From NCBI GenBank assembly GCA_965219995.1, contig CBDCOX010000002.1, positions 3,360,001-3,424,000 of the forward strand: DNA of 64,000 bases. Reading direction: 5' to 3'. A program made the translations under genes and the position numbers. Within the stretch, counting starts at the first letter, position 1. Every line of letters begins with the position of its first letter. This DNA is from Candidatus Latescibacterota bacterium. Its GTDB lineage: Bacteria; Latescibacterota; UBA2968; GCA-2709665. Under the pieces are notes generated by a model. The model was given only the letters and a program-made list of their open reading frames with translations, was not told where the DNA came from and made no database searches. Shown here piece after piece: positions 49,584 to 61,200 of this stretch.

Positions 49584-50870
49584 ATGCTGGATCTGAACCG
49601 GATTCGAGAGGATCCCGATGGCGTCAGGCAGGCGCTGTTGAAACGCATGGACGCGGTGGATTTTGCGGACTTGCTCCATTGGGACCGGGACCGGAGAGCC
49701 CTTATCTCCAGAATCGGGGGCCTTCGCGAACGTCGAAACAAGGTCTCCGCGCAGATCCCGCAGATGAAAAAAGCGGGCCGGGACACGACCGATGTCCAGC
49801 ATGAAATGAAGGCGGTTTCCGGAAATATCAGGACACTTGAGGCGGAACTGTCCGAATTCGAACGCCGTATCCGAAGCTTTCTGGAGGAACTGCCCAATAC
49901 TCCTGCAAACGACGTGCCCCCGGGAGGGAAGGAGAACAACGAGGTCGTTCGTACCTGGGGTGAAATGCCGGAGTTGGCGGAAGGGGCCAAAGACCACGTC
50001 GACCTTGTAACCGCGCTGGGGCTGATCGACTACGAGCGGGGCGTGAAGATGGGAGGCGCCGGCTTCTGGCTCTACCGGGGCGACGGCGCCCGCCTGGAAT
50101 GGGCGCTCCTGAACTACTTCGTCGAAGCGCACCTTCGCGACGGCTACGAATTCGTGCTGCCGCCGCACCTGCTCACCTACGACTGCGGTTACACGGCCGG
50201 GCAGTTTCCCAAGTTCGCTGACGACGTGTTTCACCTGAAGTGGGAAAGCGAAAAGGAGTCGCGGTTCCTTTTGCCAACCTCCGAGACCGCCCTTATCAAC
50301 TTCCATCGGGACGAAATTCTACCGGAAGCGGACCTGCCCCGGAGGTACTTTTCCTATACGCCCTGCTACCGGAGAGAGGCCGGCAGCTATCGGGCCCAGG
50401 AACGCGGCATGATTCGAGGACACCAGTTCAACAAGGTCGAGATTTTCCAGTTCACGCGCCCCGAAGACTCCGACCGGGCCCTGGAAGAGCTGATTGCCAA
50501 AGCCGAAGGCCTGGTTCAGGGTCTGGAGTTGCACCACCGCGTTTCCAAGCTGGCAGCCCAGGATGCCAGTGCGGCGATGGCCAAAACCTACGACATCGAG
50601 ATCTGGATTCCGAGCATGGGAGAATACAAGGAGGTCAGTTCGGCATCCAACGCGAGCGACTACCAGGCCCGGCGCGGGCGCATCCGGTTCAAACGCGCCG
50701 AGACCGGGCGGAATGAATTCGTGCACACGCTCAACGCCTCAGGCCTGGCGACCAGCCGCCTGATACCGGCCATTGTCGAGCAGACCCAGCGACCGGACGG
50801 ATCGGCAGTCATTCCGGGAGTCCTTCGTCCGTACATGGGCGGGCAGGAAGTCCTGGAACCCGCCGCCTGA
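49584..50870 (+). CDS. serS: Serine--tRNA ligase
   Basis: MLDL..IR, LPTSE, CYRREAG, RGHQFNKVE, EVSSASN..DYQARR, HTLNASGLA. Confidence 0.97.
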   Translation: MLDLNRIREDPDGVRQALLKRMDAVDFADLLHWDRDRRALISRIGGLRERRNKVSAQIPQMKKAGRDTTDVQHEMKAVSGNIRTLEAELSEFERRIRSFLEELPNTPANDVPPGGKENNEVVRTWGEMPELAEGAKDHVDLVTALGLIDYERGVKMGGAGFWLYRGDGARLEWALLNYFVEAHLRDGYEFVLPPHLLTYDCGYTAGQFPKFADDVFHLKWESEKESRFLLPTSETALINFHRDEILPEADLPRRYFSYTPCYRREAGSYRAQERGMIRGHQFNKVEIFQFTRPEDSDRALEELIAKAEGLVQGLELHHRVSKLAAQDASAAMAKTYDIEIWIPSMGEYKEVSSASNASDYQARRGRIRFKRAETGRNEFVHTLNASGLATSRLIPAIVEQTQRPDGSAVIPGVLRPYMGGQEVLEPAA

Positions 50871-50889
50871 AACGCGAATCCGCCGGGCG

Positions 50890-52284
50890 CTACAGGCCAA
50901 GAATCCGGTCCGCGGTCTGTAGTGCCTGTTTGACGCAGTCGGGCACGGAAGATCCCCGGTATGCACTGCCGGTGAGGTACAGGCCCGGTTGTTCCGCCAG
51001 GAGCGATTCCAACTTCGCAACCCGGTCCAGGTGTCCCACGTCGAACTGGGGCCTTCCCTTCCGCCAGCGGTGAATCCGGGAAAACAACGGCTCCGCGGTC
51101 AGGCCCATCAGGCGCGCAAGATCTTCTCGGACGGCGTGGACGAGCATTTCGTCTGGCATTTCAAGCACGTCTTCCTGCGCGTCCCTGCCGACAAATCCCC
51201 TGAGCAACACCCCGTCGTCCGGCGCCCGGTGGTCCAGCTTGGACGACACCCACGTGCAACCCGTGATCCGGCGGCCCTCCGATCGCGGAACCAGGAATCC
51301 GAACCCGTCGAGGTCATGCTGATCGAGAACGTCGGCCTTCCGGTAGGCCAGCGCCACGGTCCCCGTCGATGCGTACCGGACCTGTCGGAGTTCGGTCGAC
51401 AGCGATGGCGCGAACCCGTCCAGCAGACCGGCCGCTGCAAACGCCGGCGCGGCCAGTACCACGGCATCGGATTGCAGAGAGTCCCCGCCAAGCGACACCT
51501 CATATCCATGCTTGCGCCTCGCCAGGCCCGTTACCCGGCAGTTTGTGCGCAGATCGCCGCGGAGCCGGTCCAAGATCGTCTCAACGAGTTCTCCCAGACC
51601 TCCGATCAGGGTCTGAAACATCGGCTGAGACGGTCCGCTGTCTCTTGAAGACGAATGGTGTTTCCGCGCGGCGCGCACGGCCCTGATCAGGCTGCCGTAT
51701 TTGCGCTCCATGTCCGCGAACTGAGGAAAGGTTGCCAGCAGGCTCAGCTTTTCCGGATCCGCACCGTGGATGCCCGCCAGCATGGGCCCCCCGATCTTAT
51801 CCAGGGCCTCCTGCCCCAGGCGCCGCCGGACAAACGACGCCAGGCTTTCGTCGTCCGCGGCCCTGCGGGGCGGGACAAAACGCTCCAGCCCCATCCGCAG
51901 CTTGCCGCGAATGGAGAAAAGCGGGGAGCGGGCAATGGGCAGGAAACGCGACGGTACCAGGGTGAAGTCTTCGGGAAAAGGCACCAATTCGTCCGCCTGC
52001 GCCAGGAAGGTCTTCCGGCGTTCCTCGTTCGGCGCAATCAGCCGGTCCTCCAGCCCCAAGTCCAGACAGAGCCCGACGCCCCACGGCTTCCGCGTCAAAA
52101 GCAAATCGGGTCCACCCTCTATGGTGAACAAGTTGATCCGCTCGGTCAGGATTTCCCCGCCCCATCGCCCCGAGGCCTCAACAAGCGTGTAATCGACCTC
52201 CTTGCCGCGGGCTTCGGCCTTTTCCTGGAGATAGTAGGCCGTTGCCAGCCCGGCGATACCTCCGCCAGCGATGGTCACATGCAT
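50890..52284 (-). CDS. hemY: HemY-type proto/coproporphyrinogen oxidase
   Basis: GGGIAGL FAD motif, [33 protein letters not shown]. Confidence 0.92.
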   Translation of the reverse strand: MHVTIAGGGIAGLATAYYLQEKAEARGKEVDYTLVEASGRWGGEILTERINLFTIEGGPDLLLTRKPWGVGLCLDLGLEDRLIAPNEERRKTFLAQADELVPFPEDFTLVPSRFLPIARSPLFSIRGKLRMGLERFVPPRRAADDESLASFVRRRLGQEALDKIGGPMLAGIHGADPEKLSLLATFPQFADMERKYGSLIRAVRAARKHHSSSRDSGPSQPMFQTLIGGLGELVETILDRLRGDLRTNCRVTGLARRKHGYEVSLGGDSLQSDAVVLAAPAFAAAGLLDGFAPSLSTELRQVRYASTGTVALAYRKADVLDQHDLDGFGFLVPRSEGRRITGCTWVSSKLDHRAPDDGVLLRGFVGRDAQEDVLEMPDEMLVHAVREDLARLMGLTAEPLFSRIHRWRKGRPQFDVGHLDRVAKLESLLAEQPGLYLTGSAYRGSSVPDCVKQALQTADRILGL

Positions 52285-52345
52285 TTCGGCACCTCAACAC
52301 GGCATCGGGAATCGGTACGCGGACCGGAGGCGTCCGGATTCAGGG

Positions 52346-53272
52346 TCAGGATGTTTCATTCAGCTTCTCTTCGACCGCGTCGGCTACGGCTTCGATGAAC
52401 GTGGGATCACTATTCATGGACGCAATACGCCTCACGTCGACCCCCCGCGGTCTCGCGATCTCCTGAAGGCCGATATCGATATCGTACAGAATCTCCACGT
52501 GGTCGCAAACGAATCCGATGGGCGCCACGAGCACCTGCCGGTATCCCTGATCGGCAAGGTCCGGGATCACGTCCTCGATCTGAGGGCCCAGCCACGGTTC
52601 TCCCGTATGAGCGGCGCTCTGATAGGATAACATCCAGTCCACGTCTCCAAGCCGTTCCGCGACCGCGTTCGCATTGCCCTTCAGTTCCTCGTCGTAGCGA
52701 TCGCCCATCTTCAGCAGGCGCGCCGGGAGGCTGTGCGCCGTAAAGACGACCTTCACCGTATTCAGCTGCGCCCCGGGAAAAGACGCCAGCCCCGCGCGAA
52801 CGTGTGCGACCTGGGCATCGAGTAACGCCGGTTGCCGCCACCAGGAATCCACGAACGAGAACCGTATCCGGCTTCCCGCCGTTTTCGCGGATGCGTCGAC
52901 CGCCTCCCGGTACCGTCCGATGCTCAGGCGGGAGTAGTGCGGAGCCATGACAATGGCCACCCCCTCCTCCACGCCATCCTCGCTCATCCGGCGCACGGTG
53001 TCCCCAATCCGGGGGGACCAGTGCCGCATGCCCACGTAGACGCGCACATCGCGCCCGCGAGCCCGCAAGGTCCGCTCGGTGCAGGCCGCCTGTTCATACG
53101 TGTTCTCGTTGAGCGGCGACCTGCCGCCGATCTGCGCGTACCGGCGCCTGAATTCCTCCACGAATTCGGGTGACATCGGACGCCCGCCCCGGATATCGTT
53201 CAGGTAGGCCTCCATGTCGTCCAGGGAATCCGGACTGCCGTACGCGAGCATCAGCACCGCTTTTTCTGCCAT
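52346..53272 (-). CDS. hemH: Ferrochelatase
   Basis: MLAYGSP, GG.SPL, GMRHW.P, FTAHSLP, YQS, WLGP, GFVCDHVEILYD. Confidence 0.95.
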   Translation of the reverse strand: MAEKAVLMLAYGSPDSLDDMEAYLNDIRGGRPMSPEFVEEFRRRYAQIGGRSPLNENTYEQAACTERTLRARGRDVRVYVGMRHWSPRIGDTVRRMSEDGVEEGVAIVMAPHYSRLSIGRYREAVDASAKTAGSRIRFSFVDSWWRQPALLDAQVAHVRAGLASFPGAQLNTVKVVFTAHSLPARLLKMGDRYDEELKGNANAVAERLGDVDWMLSYQSAAHTGEPWLGPQIEDVIPDLADQGYRQVLVAPIGFVCDHVEILYDIDIGLQEIARPRGVDVRRIASMNSDPTFIEAVADAVEEKLNETS

Positions 53273-53278
53273 TGCGAT

Positions 53279-54316
53279 CTATCCGTATGCGTGCACGAAG
53301 TCGACCAGCGCAGCCACGTGCTCGACCGGCGTGTGTTGCAGGATGCCGTGGCCGAGGTTGAAAATGTGTCCCGGCCGCCCCCGGACGCTGTCCAGGATCC
53401 GGGAGGCGCGCCGTTCGATCACAGGCACCGGCGCGAAAAGCACCGTCGGATCCAGATTCCCCTGCACCGCCACGTCCGCACCCAGCCGGTCCCACGCTTC
53501 GTCGAGTTCGATGCGCCAGTCCACCCCGATCACGTCGCCGCCCGCGCGCTTCAGGAGCGGCAGCATACCCGATGTTCCAGTACCGAAATGGATCACCGGC
53601 ACGTCGCAGGTGTCGGCGACCATCTGTATTGCCCGCCGCGTGTGCGGCAGAACGTATTCCGCGTAATCCGCGGGGCTCAACGCGCCCGCCCAACTGTCGA
53701 ACAGCTGCAGCGCCTGCGCCCCGGCCGCGGCCTGGGTCTGAAGGTAGTCTCCGACGGCCGCGGACATCTTTTCCATCAGGCGCCGCCATGTCTCCGGCTG
53801 CTCGTACATGAGGCCCTTGGCGATCCGGTAGTCGCGCGAAGCGCCGCCTTCCACCGCGTAACAGACCAGCGTGAACGGGGCGCCGGAAAACCCGATCAGC
53901 GGAACCGTACCATCCAGCGCGCGTCGCACCTCGCGGATGGCCGACGCGGCGAAATCCATGGCGTCCGCCGCGGGACGAACGGTGAGGGCTTCCACGTCCG
54001 CGGCCGTCCGGACCGGGTTGTGGATCACGGGGCCCGCGCCCCCGATGTACTCCAGTTCCAGGCCCATCGGCTCCAGGAGCGGAAGGATATCCTGGAAGAT
54101 AATGGCCGCGTCCACGTTAAACGCATTCACGGGCTGCAACGTGATCTCGGTGGCGATCTCCGGCGTCTTGACCATCTCCAGAAAGGCGTGCCGTTCCTTC
54201 AACTTCCGGTATTCGGGCATATAGCGGCCGGCCTGGCGCATCAGCCAGACGGGCGTCGCGTCCACCGCCTCGCGGCGGCATGCTTTCAGAAATCGGTTGG
54301 CTCGGGACATAGGCAC
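53279..54316 (-). CDS. hemE: Uroporphyrinogen decarboxylase
   Basis: [41 protein letters not shown]. Confidence 0.97.
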   Translation of the reverse strand: MPMSRANRFLKACRREAVDATPVWLMRQAGRYMPEYRKLKERHAFLEMVKTPEIATEITLQPVNAFNVDAAIIFQDILPLLEPMGLELEYIGGAGPVIHNPVRTAADVEALTVRPAADAMDFAASAIREVRRALDGTVPLIGFSGAPFTLVCYAVEGGASRDYRIAKGLMYEQPETWRRLMEKMSAAVGDYLQTQAAAGAQALQLFDSWAGALSPADYAEYVLPHTRRAIQMVADTCDVPVIHFGTGTSGMLPLLKRAGGDVIGVDWRIELDEAWDRLGADVAVQGNLDPTVLFAPVPVIERRASRILDSVRGRPGHIFNLGHGILQHTPVEHVAALVDFVHAYG

Positions 54317-54404
54317 GGGACCGCGTCAGGATTCGCCATCGGATTCAAACAAAGCAGGGGCACGACGTTCCGTGCCCCTGCCGAATTGCAAAACCAGCGC
54401 GCTG

Positions 54405-55022
54405 CTACGCTTCAAGTTCGTTGAAATGCGTGACCACCTTGCTGATCAGACCGTATTTTACCGCTTCCTGTGCGGACATCCAGTAGTCCCGGTCCGTATC
54501 TTCCACGACTTTGTCCAGCGGCTGGCCGGTCTCCTGGGCATACAGTTCGTTGATCCGCTCGCGGAGGATGAGAATCTGTTCCGCCGTGCGTTTGACGTCT
54601 TCCGCGGTGCCCACCATCCGCATGGACGGCTGATGGATCATGATTCGCGCGTTCGGCAGGGCGAACCGGTTCCCCTTTTCCGCGGCCAGCATGATCACCG
54701 TGGCCGCGCTGGCGGACAACCCCACGCTGACGATTCTCACCGGCGGGCGAATGAAGCGAATCAGGTCGTAAATGGCGAAGCCGTCGTCCGCGCTGCCTCC
54801 CGGCGAGTTGATCAGAATCGTAATCGGTTTTTCCGGATCGTCGCTGTCCATCAGCAACAACTGGGCGATCACCCGCGTTGTCAGCTTATGGTCGATCGGA
54901 TCGGATATCAGAATGGTGCGCGCCTTGATCAGGCTCCTGACGACGAACTCGCCCTGACCCCCGGGCTGCGCTTCTTCCTCTTCTTCTTCTGCCGGATCTT
55001 CGTTCAACAGGTACTCGTGCAT
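54405..55022 (-). CDS. clpP: ATP-dependent Clp protease proteolytic subunit
   Basis: INSPGG, SAS catalytic Ser, IMIHQP, DRDYWMSA.EA..YGL; TTGACA-17-TAAATT promoter at 55091-55119. Confidence 0.93.
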   Translation of the reverse strand: MHEYLLNEDPAEEEEEEAQPGGQGEFVVRSLIKARTILISDPIDHKLTTRVIAQLLLMDSDDPEKPITILINSPGGSADDGFAIYDLIRFIRPPVRIVSVGLSASAATVIMLAAEKGNRFALPNARIMIHQPSMRMVGTAEDVKRTAEQILILRERINELYAQETGQPLDKVVEDTDRDYWMSAQEAVKYGLISKVVTHFNELEA

Positions 55023-55185
55023 CGCAACCCCTTCTTCCCACAAATAACGCGTGAATTGACAACCGGTTTGCCGGCTTTTGAAGCCCGCTCAATTTATCCT
55101 ATAACCCCAGCATTGTCAAGGGCATTCGCCGGATTTGAACGCCTGCGGAATTCGCGTGTGCGCACGCCGGCGCTTCCGCCGGAGC

Positions 55186-56445
55186 TCAGCCTACCGACAT
55201 CGCCGCGCTGAGAATCCGCGAGGTGCCGGGCCGCATGATGCGCGGATCCACCGCCTCCCCCTTCAGCAGCATCTCCCGCACCTGTTTTCCTGAAATGAAC
55301 ACGGGCTGTTCGTCCGGATGGCTTTCCATCAGGTCCACCCGTCCCAGCGATTCGTAGAACGCGGCGAAACCCACGTTCAGGGGGCGGATCTCCAGGTTCC
55401 CGTTCAGGCGATCGAACACCTCCTGCGCGTCGAAATCTCCCCAGATCGGGCTGCCGTCGTGATAGGGCGCATCGGCGTGTTTGCGACCGATGATAATATC
55501 GGTAAAGCCGAAGTTCTGGCGGTAGATCGCGTGCATCACCGCCTCCTTCGGGCCGGCGTAGAACATCTTGATATCCAGGCCGACGAGAATCACCCGGTCG
55601 GGCACGGCCTCGCCCCTGGGTTCCCACAATCCGGCATCGCTGTCCCCTTCGCCCAATCCGCGGGACTCGATCAGCGCCTCGTAGGTCCGCATCCGGATTT
55701 CCGCATTGACGTCGTCGGATTTGGTTTCTCCCACCAGAGGGTTCAGACAGGCCCCGGCGTCGATCCCCTTTCGAATCAGGGTTTCCAGTCCGTGGACCAG
55801 GGCGTACTCGTGGGCCCGGTGCAGCGGGTTGCGGGTCTGAAACGCGACCACCCGCCGCCAGCCCGTTTCGGAGAGGAGACGACGGACCTCCGCCGGCGTG
55901 TGCATATAACGGCCGAACGCGGGATGCTTCGGTTGCGGCAGTACCCTGATGGCTCCTCCCACGAGGTGCGTCTTGTCCGCATCGCCGTTCAGAACCATAT
56001 CCGCGCCGGGATGGTCGGTCCGCTCCGTGAGGTAGACGCTCTTCAGATACGCATGCTTGTCCCAGGGGTAGACGTCAGTGATTCCTAGGGTACCCGCAAG
56101 CTCGCCGTCCGGCCGCTCAAGGGCAACCGTCTGCCCCGCCTCCAGCTGCCCGGCCAGGTCGCTCGAAACCGGAAGCGCCAGCGGAATGGTCCAGGCGTAC
56201 AGCTTCCCGTTGCAGTCTATGACACTCTCGTCGAGCACCCTGTGGTACGTCTCAGCGTCCATCGGACCGGTGAGCGGACTCAGCCCGCCGTCACCGAAAC
56301 GGTAAACCGTGGACAGATCGGCCTCGCTGACCGGAACGCGGGCCAGTTTCGACGCGTTCTCGCGAAAATCCTCCTGCTCGTCGTCCGGAACCATGCGCCA
56401 AACCGGCGCCGGCAGCCCCCCATGCGGCGGTATCAGATCGGACAT
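55186..56445 (-). CDS. sat: Sulfate adenylyltransferase (Sat type)
   Basis: [48 protein letters not shown]. Confidence 0.93.
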   Translation of the reverse strand: MSDLIPPHGGLPAPVWRMVPDDEQEDFRENASKLARVPVSEADLSTVYRFGDGGLSPLTGPMDAETYHRVLDESVIDCNGKLYAWTIPLALPVSSDLAGQLEAGQTVALERPDGELAGTLGITDVYPWDKHAYLKSVYLTERTDHPGADMVLNGDADKTHLVGGAIRVLPQPKHPAFGRYMHTPAEVRRLLSETGWRRVVAFQTRNPLHRAHEYALVHGLETLIRKGIDAGACLNPLVGETKSDDVNAEIRMRTYEALIESRGLGEGDSDAGLWEPRGEAVPDRVILVGLDIKMFYAGPKEAVMHAIYRQNFGFTDIIIGRKHADAPYHDGSPIWGDFDAQEVFDRLNGNLEIRPLNVGFAAFYESLGRVDLMESHPDEQPVFISGKQVREMLLKGEAVDPRIMRPGTSRILSAAMSVG

Positions 56446-56533
56446 AGGTGAGACAATCCTCCAAATCGTCATACATCCAGGGTCATCACGTAGCCCCGGC
56501 ATTCACGGAAATGTGCCTGTACTCTGATCCGCT

Positions 56534-56584
56534 CCCTGAGCTTGCGGTGCCCTGAGCCTGTCGAAGGGTCGAAGGGTCGAAGGG
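56534..56584 (+). repeat. Nested REP-like palindrome CCCTGAGC(T/C)TGTCGAAGGG
   Basis: ccctgagcttg[cggtgccctgagcctgtcgaaggg]tcgaaggg tcgaaggg. Confidence 0.65.
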
Positions 56585-56953
56585 TCGGTACGGAACCCGC
56601 CGAATCAGAAAGCGATAAATATACCCTAAAACCCACCGCAGGGCAAAAAAGATGCGCCGATAACAGGCAAGAGAGCCGTTTGCCTAACAGTTTATCTCAT
56701 TTGCTGTGCAACGGGAGGTAAAATTGAAGATATCGAAGAAGGAGAGGGTCACGCTCGTACCTGCTGATGTCGGAGTAAGGGTGATAATTTCGCGTGGATT
56801 CAGGTTGACAACGACTCTGCCGGGCCGTACGATACTGAGAGACGTTGCATTTTGCGACATGCGCAATGCCTTGAATCGCCTCCATGCATTACCGTCACTG
56901 ATGCAAACCGACAGGAGACCCGTAAGCCTCCGGCCAATCTCCATTGAACCCTT

Positions 56954-58063
56954 ATGAATCAGCGATTACCACATTCAGATCAACTGGATATCGCAACACT
57001 GAGTAGATTGTTCAGGCATACGACAAATTCGTACAAGTATCTCTTTTTTATGTCGTTGCTGACGATGTTAAAGGACAGGCATTTCCTGGTCAAGGATGGC
57101 ATTAAGCTCAGCGAAATCGAGATTGAGATGCTGGTTACCGCATGGTATCCCCATGTTTTTTTCAGGTTGTCATTTGGCACGCAGGACCAGATCGCTCAGG
57201 TACTGAATTCTATCGAGTACATCAAGGATGACAGAAATTACCTGTCATCAACGGGGCGCAGGAAATTGAGGAAACATCTCGCCCGCAATAGTAAGTCGTC
57301 GGATTACAAATTAACGCGTTTCGTCCCGTTTCGAATACTACGCCCGTTTTTCTCCACGGAAACGAGAGGAATACCAGATCAAAGGGTGAACCGCGAGGTC
57401 TCCAGTCTCGCCGCCGAACAATTCCATGTACGACGCCCTCTTTTCCGCTTCGACGATTGTGAAAGAAGAATCTTTATGCATCCGGATTGGGTTGCCTATA
57501 TGAAAGAACATCAGACGATTCTCGAGGGGTGGGGGCTATGGCATTGGTCAGATTATATGCAGCGACGGAATCCAGGTATTCCCGCTGTAACGCGAAAGTT
57601 GTTTCCCCCGGATCGGAGAGCGCCACTCTACGCACAGCGTAGGTTCTGGGATGCTGCGATCGATGAAACGAACATACGATGCATCTACACAGGAAAGAAG
57701 CTGGTTCACGGATATGAATTGGATCACTTCCTGCCGTGGAGATTCGTAGCTCACGATCAGTTGTGGAATCTCATACCCGTCGATTCCCGGGCGAACAGTT
57801 CCAAAAGCGATCAAATTCCTTCAGAGATTTACATCGACCGCCTGGCTGAAATCCAGAGTGTCGCGCTATCAATTGCAAGGGACAGCATGAGCGATGCGAA
57901 ATGGAAAAAGGAAGTTGAACCCTATTCCACGGACCTTTATATTGACGATGTTGAGACTCTGGATCGCGAGAAACTTAAGTCTGCATATTGCAGAACGTTG
58001 AGGCCGCTGATGTCAATTGCGGAACAACAGGGATTCCAAAGCGGGTGGATCTATGAAGCATAG
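56954..58063 (+). CDS. HNH endonuclease domain protein (low-GC, putative defence)
   Basis: CIYTG...ELDHFLPW...DQLWNL......NSSKSD HNH motif; N-terminal TNSYKY; visibly AT-richer than its neighbours. Confidence 0.85.
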   Translation: MNQRLPHSDQLDIATLSRLFRHTTNSYKYLFFMSLLTMLKDRHFLVKDGIKLSEIEIEMLVTAWYPHVFFRLSFGTQDQIAQVLNSIEYIKDDRNYLSSTGRRKLRKHLARNSKSSDYKLTRFVPFRILRPFFSTETRGIPDQRVNREVSSLAAEQFHVRRPLFRFDDCERRIFMHPDWVAYMKEHQTILEGWGLWHWSDYMQRRNPGIPAVTRKLFPPDRRAPLYAQRRFWDAAIDETNIRCIYTGKKLVHGYELDHFLPWRFVAHDQLWNLIPVDSRANSSKSDQIPSEIYIDRLAEIQSVALSIARDSMSDAKWKKEVEPYSTDLYIDDVETLDREKLKSAYCRTLRPLMSIAEQQGFQSGWIYEA

Positions 58064-58219
58064 CGCTATGCATTGAATATCCTTATTCCGAGCCCGTTAA
58101 GTCACGGGCAAATGGACAACAGGTCCGGCAAAAACAACACCCCGAGAGAGTAATCTCCGGGGGTTCGTTCGTTCGTGTCGTCTTCGGTGTGGCTGGCGTT
58201 CCGGATGATTGTCGCCAGG

Positions 58220-61200
58220 TTAAAACGACGTGCCGAGGTGGAGGTGGGGGACGGCGCCCTTGGGTTCGGTGAAGCCGTATGCAGCGCCGATGCGGAAGCG
58301 GAACGGCACACAGAGCATGCCCACGGCGTACACGACCTCGCCACCGGCGGCCAGGAGCGGCTGCGGCCTGGCTGCCCGGGAGTTGTCGCGGCCCCAGGCG
58401 TTGCCGGCGTCTGCGAAGAGCGTGAGGAACGCGCGGTCGAGGTGCAGCAGGTCCGTGCGATAGGCGCGGTTCGCCAGGGTAGCCGGCAGGCGGAGTTCGA
58501 GCGACGCGGTCCAGGCGCGCCGTCCCGAGCGGGGCGTCCCTTCGTATCCCCGAACAGGAAACACGCGCCGGTCCGAGCCGCCAATGCTGAAGTGCCCCCT
58601 GCCGCTGCCCGGCCCGCGCGCGATGCCCGCGCTCGCCCGGAGCGCCAGCACCGGCGCGGCGAATCCGCCTCCGGGCAGCTTCACGTATGCCCTGACGTCG
58701 CCGGTTGCGTCGTCCAGCGACCGGTCATCCGATGAACCCCGGTCCAGGTCGATGCGCCGCCTGGCCACGACGGAGAATGACGCGCCCGCGGCCTGCCCGA
58801 GCTGAAACGCGTGGGACCGGGCGGTCGAGGCGCGGAAGCGGGCCGCCACTTCCGCCAGCGTGCTGCTGGGGGTCTCGAATTGAGGCAGTTCATTTCGATT
58901 GAGCTCGGAATCCAGCGCCTCCCGGTCCTCCCTCAGAACGCCGCCGGAGAGCGAGAGTGAAAGGTTGCTCCACGCCCTGGGGCGCGCTACTCCCACTGAG
59001 AGTCCCGCATAGCGTGTTCGTTCGAGAACAAACGTGGTGTCGACCGGTGCGTCGTTTTCTTTCCTCACCCTGACGAGTTCCTCGTCCCAGTTCTGCGACA
59101 CGGTCAGGCCAAGCGCGGGATTGCCGAGCCCGGCATACCGGTACGTCAGAAAACCCGCCGCTCTACCGCCCGAATATCCTCCAGTCGGGAGAAAGGCGCG
59201 CGCAGTCAGTGCATACGTGTGTCGTCCCACGAGGTCCACCCCGGAGGTAAAGGCGCCAACGGACGCGCCGAGGACCTTCGTCCGGGGGTTTGCCCCGCTC
59301 CCCGCACTCGAGAAAGAATACGTCCCGATGGGTATCCAATAGCGCGGCAGCAGGGTCTGCAGTGGCGAATATGCGCGTATTTGACCGACGGCGGGTGCGT
59401 GGGAGTCACTCGCGATCGCCGCGACCTCGCGAGCGGTTCTGCCCGCGGCGGAGTCTGTCGAATCGAGACGGTGTTCAGGCGCCAGGGGAGCGTGGTCCGG
59501 ATCGAACGGAATGCGTTCGACCTCCCATCCGTCCACATGATACCCGGAGACATAGAGCCACTTCCCCGATGGATCCACGCTCGGCATGGCAGCGCCCGTA
59601 CGGACGTTCGTGAGCATGACCGGCGCTGTGGCCTTCGCACCGTCGAAACGCGCCGCAAGGATGTTCAGAATGCCGGTCCGGTCGGACGCCCACACCAGCC
59701 ACCGCCCGTCCGGGCTCCATGCGGGCGCGAAATCCAGCGCGCGGTCCCGGGTGACCTGGCTGACGAGGCCGCCGCGTTCGTCGAGGACGACGATGTCTTG
59801 ATTCCCGCCCGACCATCGGGTCGCGGCAATCCGCCGCCCGTCGGGTGAGACCCCCGGAAATGCCCAATAGACGCCTTCTTCGGGGCGAACCAGCGTATCG
59901 ATAGCGCCGGTATTGGTATTGACGCGGACAAGGCCGTTCGTGCCTTCTCCTTCAGCAACGGCGACCACCCGGTCCCCCGGGCCGGCCGACGGTGCGCTCA
60001 GACGGGCGGCGTTGGTCAATCGCTGCACGGCGCCGTCCGGAGTCACCCGGTAGAGGTCTCTGTATATCCGGTACAGTCCGGAGAATTCCAACTGGTCGAC
60101 GACAATGTCGCCGTTCGGCGCGAATGTGAACCGGCGTCCGCGGGTTCGGGCGATCGTTGATTCGCGGCCGCCGTTCGGATACGCGGAAACAAGCCTGGTA
60201 TCGGATCGGCCATCGGAGCGGATATAGATCAGCGCCGATCCATCCGGCGACACCTTCGGATGGTCCGCATAGCGGGCGCCGCGAGTCAGTCGTTCAGGTT
60301 GGGTGATCGCACCGAACCTCGCGAGCCGGGCGTCCAGTCCCGCCGCCGAGTCCCGCCACGCATCCGCCCACGCGGCCCATTCGTGCGACATGCTGACACC
60401 GAAGGCGCTTCTTCCTGCCGCGTTCAGCCGATAGGGTATCCACTGTTTCTCCACGGCCTCGACAAAGGCCTCCATCCGGTCCCGCCCGTGCTTCCGCAGC
60501 AGGTATTCGAAGAACATCGGTCCGTACGTGTACGCGCGATTTCCGCCAGGCCATTGCGGAGACGGACCCCCCGCCTGGCCGATGGTTTCGAAACGGCCCT
60601 CCAGCGCCGCCGTCCGCAGCACCATCTCGTTAAAGGTCCCCAGCACGCGGCCCCTGCCCGTGAGTGCGGATTCGTACCACGTCCCGATGCCTTCGATGAC
60701 CCACCTTGGCGATGTCAAGGCGGGAAAACCGAAAACCGGCGCCGGAATCCGGCCGAATAATCCCCGAACGCTGTATCGGCCTGGCCGGTTGAGGTGAAAA
60801 ATGTGTGTCAGTTCGTGAACGATCAAAAGTTGCTGCCAGTCGTCGAAGTAACCAAGTTGGAAACTGTCGACAGGCGGCCGCGCGAACAGGACGATACGGT
60901 TCGACGGAAAAGGGGTCGCGTAGCCGTTGGAGACGTCGGTGTGATCGGTGAGGACGATATCGATAGGACCTTCCGGCCCATGGACGAAATGTTCGGACAG
61001 CCGCGCGTGGGCCCACTCCGCCTGCCCGGCCGCCCTGCGCGCAAGCGCCTCGAGATGCCCGGGAAACGTAATGCGGAAGTGCTCCGTATCGAGTGTGCGC
61101 CAGGGTGCGTCCGGCGGAGGAAAACGCTGCGCCACAGCCGGTGCGGCGCAATAGGCGATGCACGCCAGCAAGACCGGCAGCGTCCGCCGGACACGGGAAG

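Noticed and set aside
56684-56957. Short ORFs upstream of the HNH gene as partner genes
   Set aside because: No motif, RBS or coding signal I can support; may be a decayed remnant
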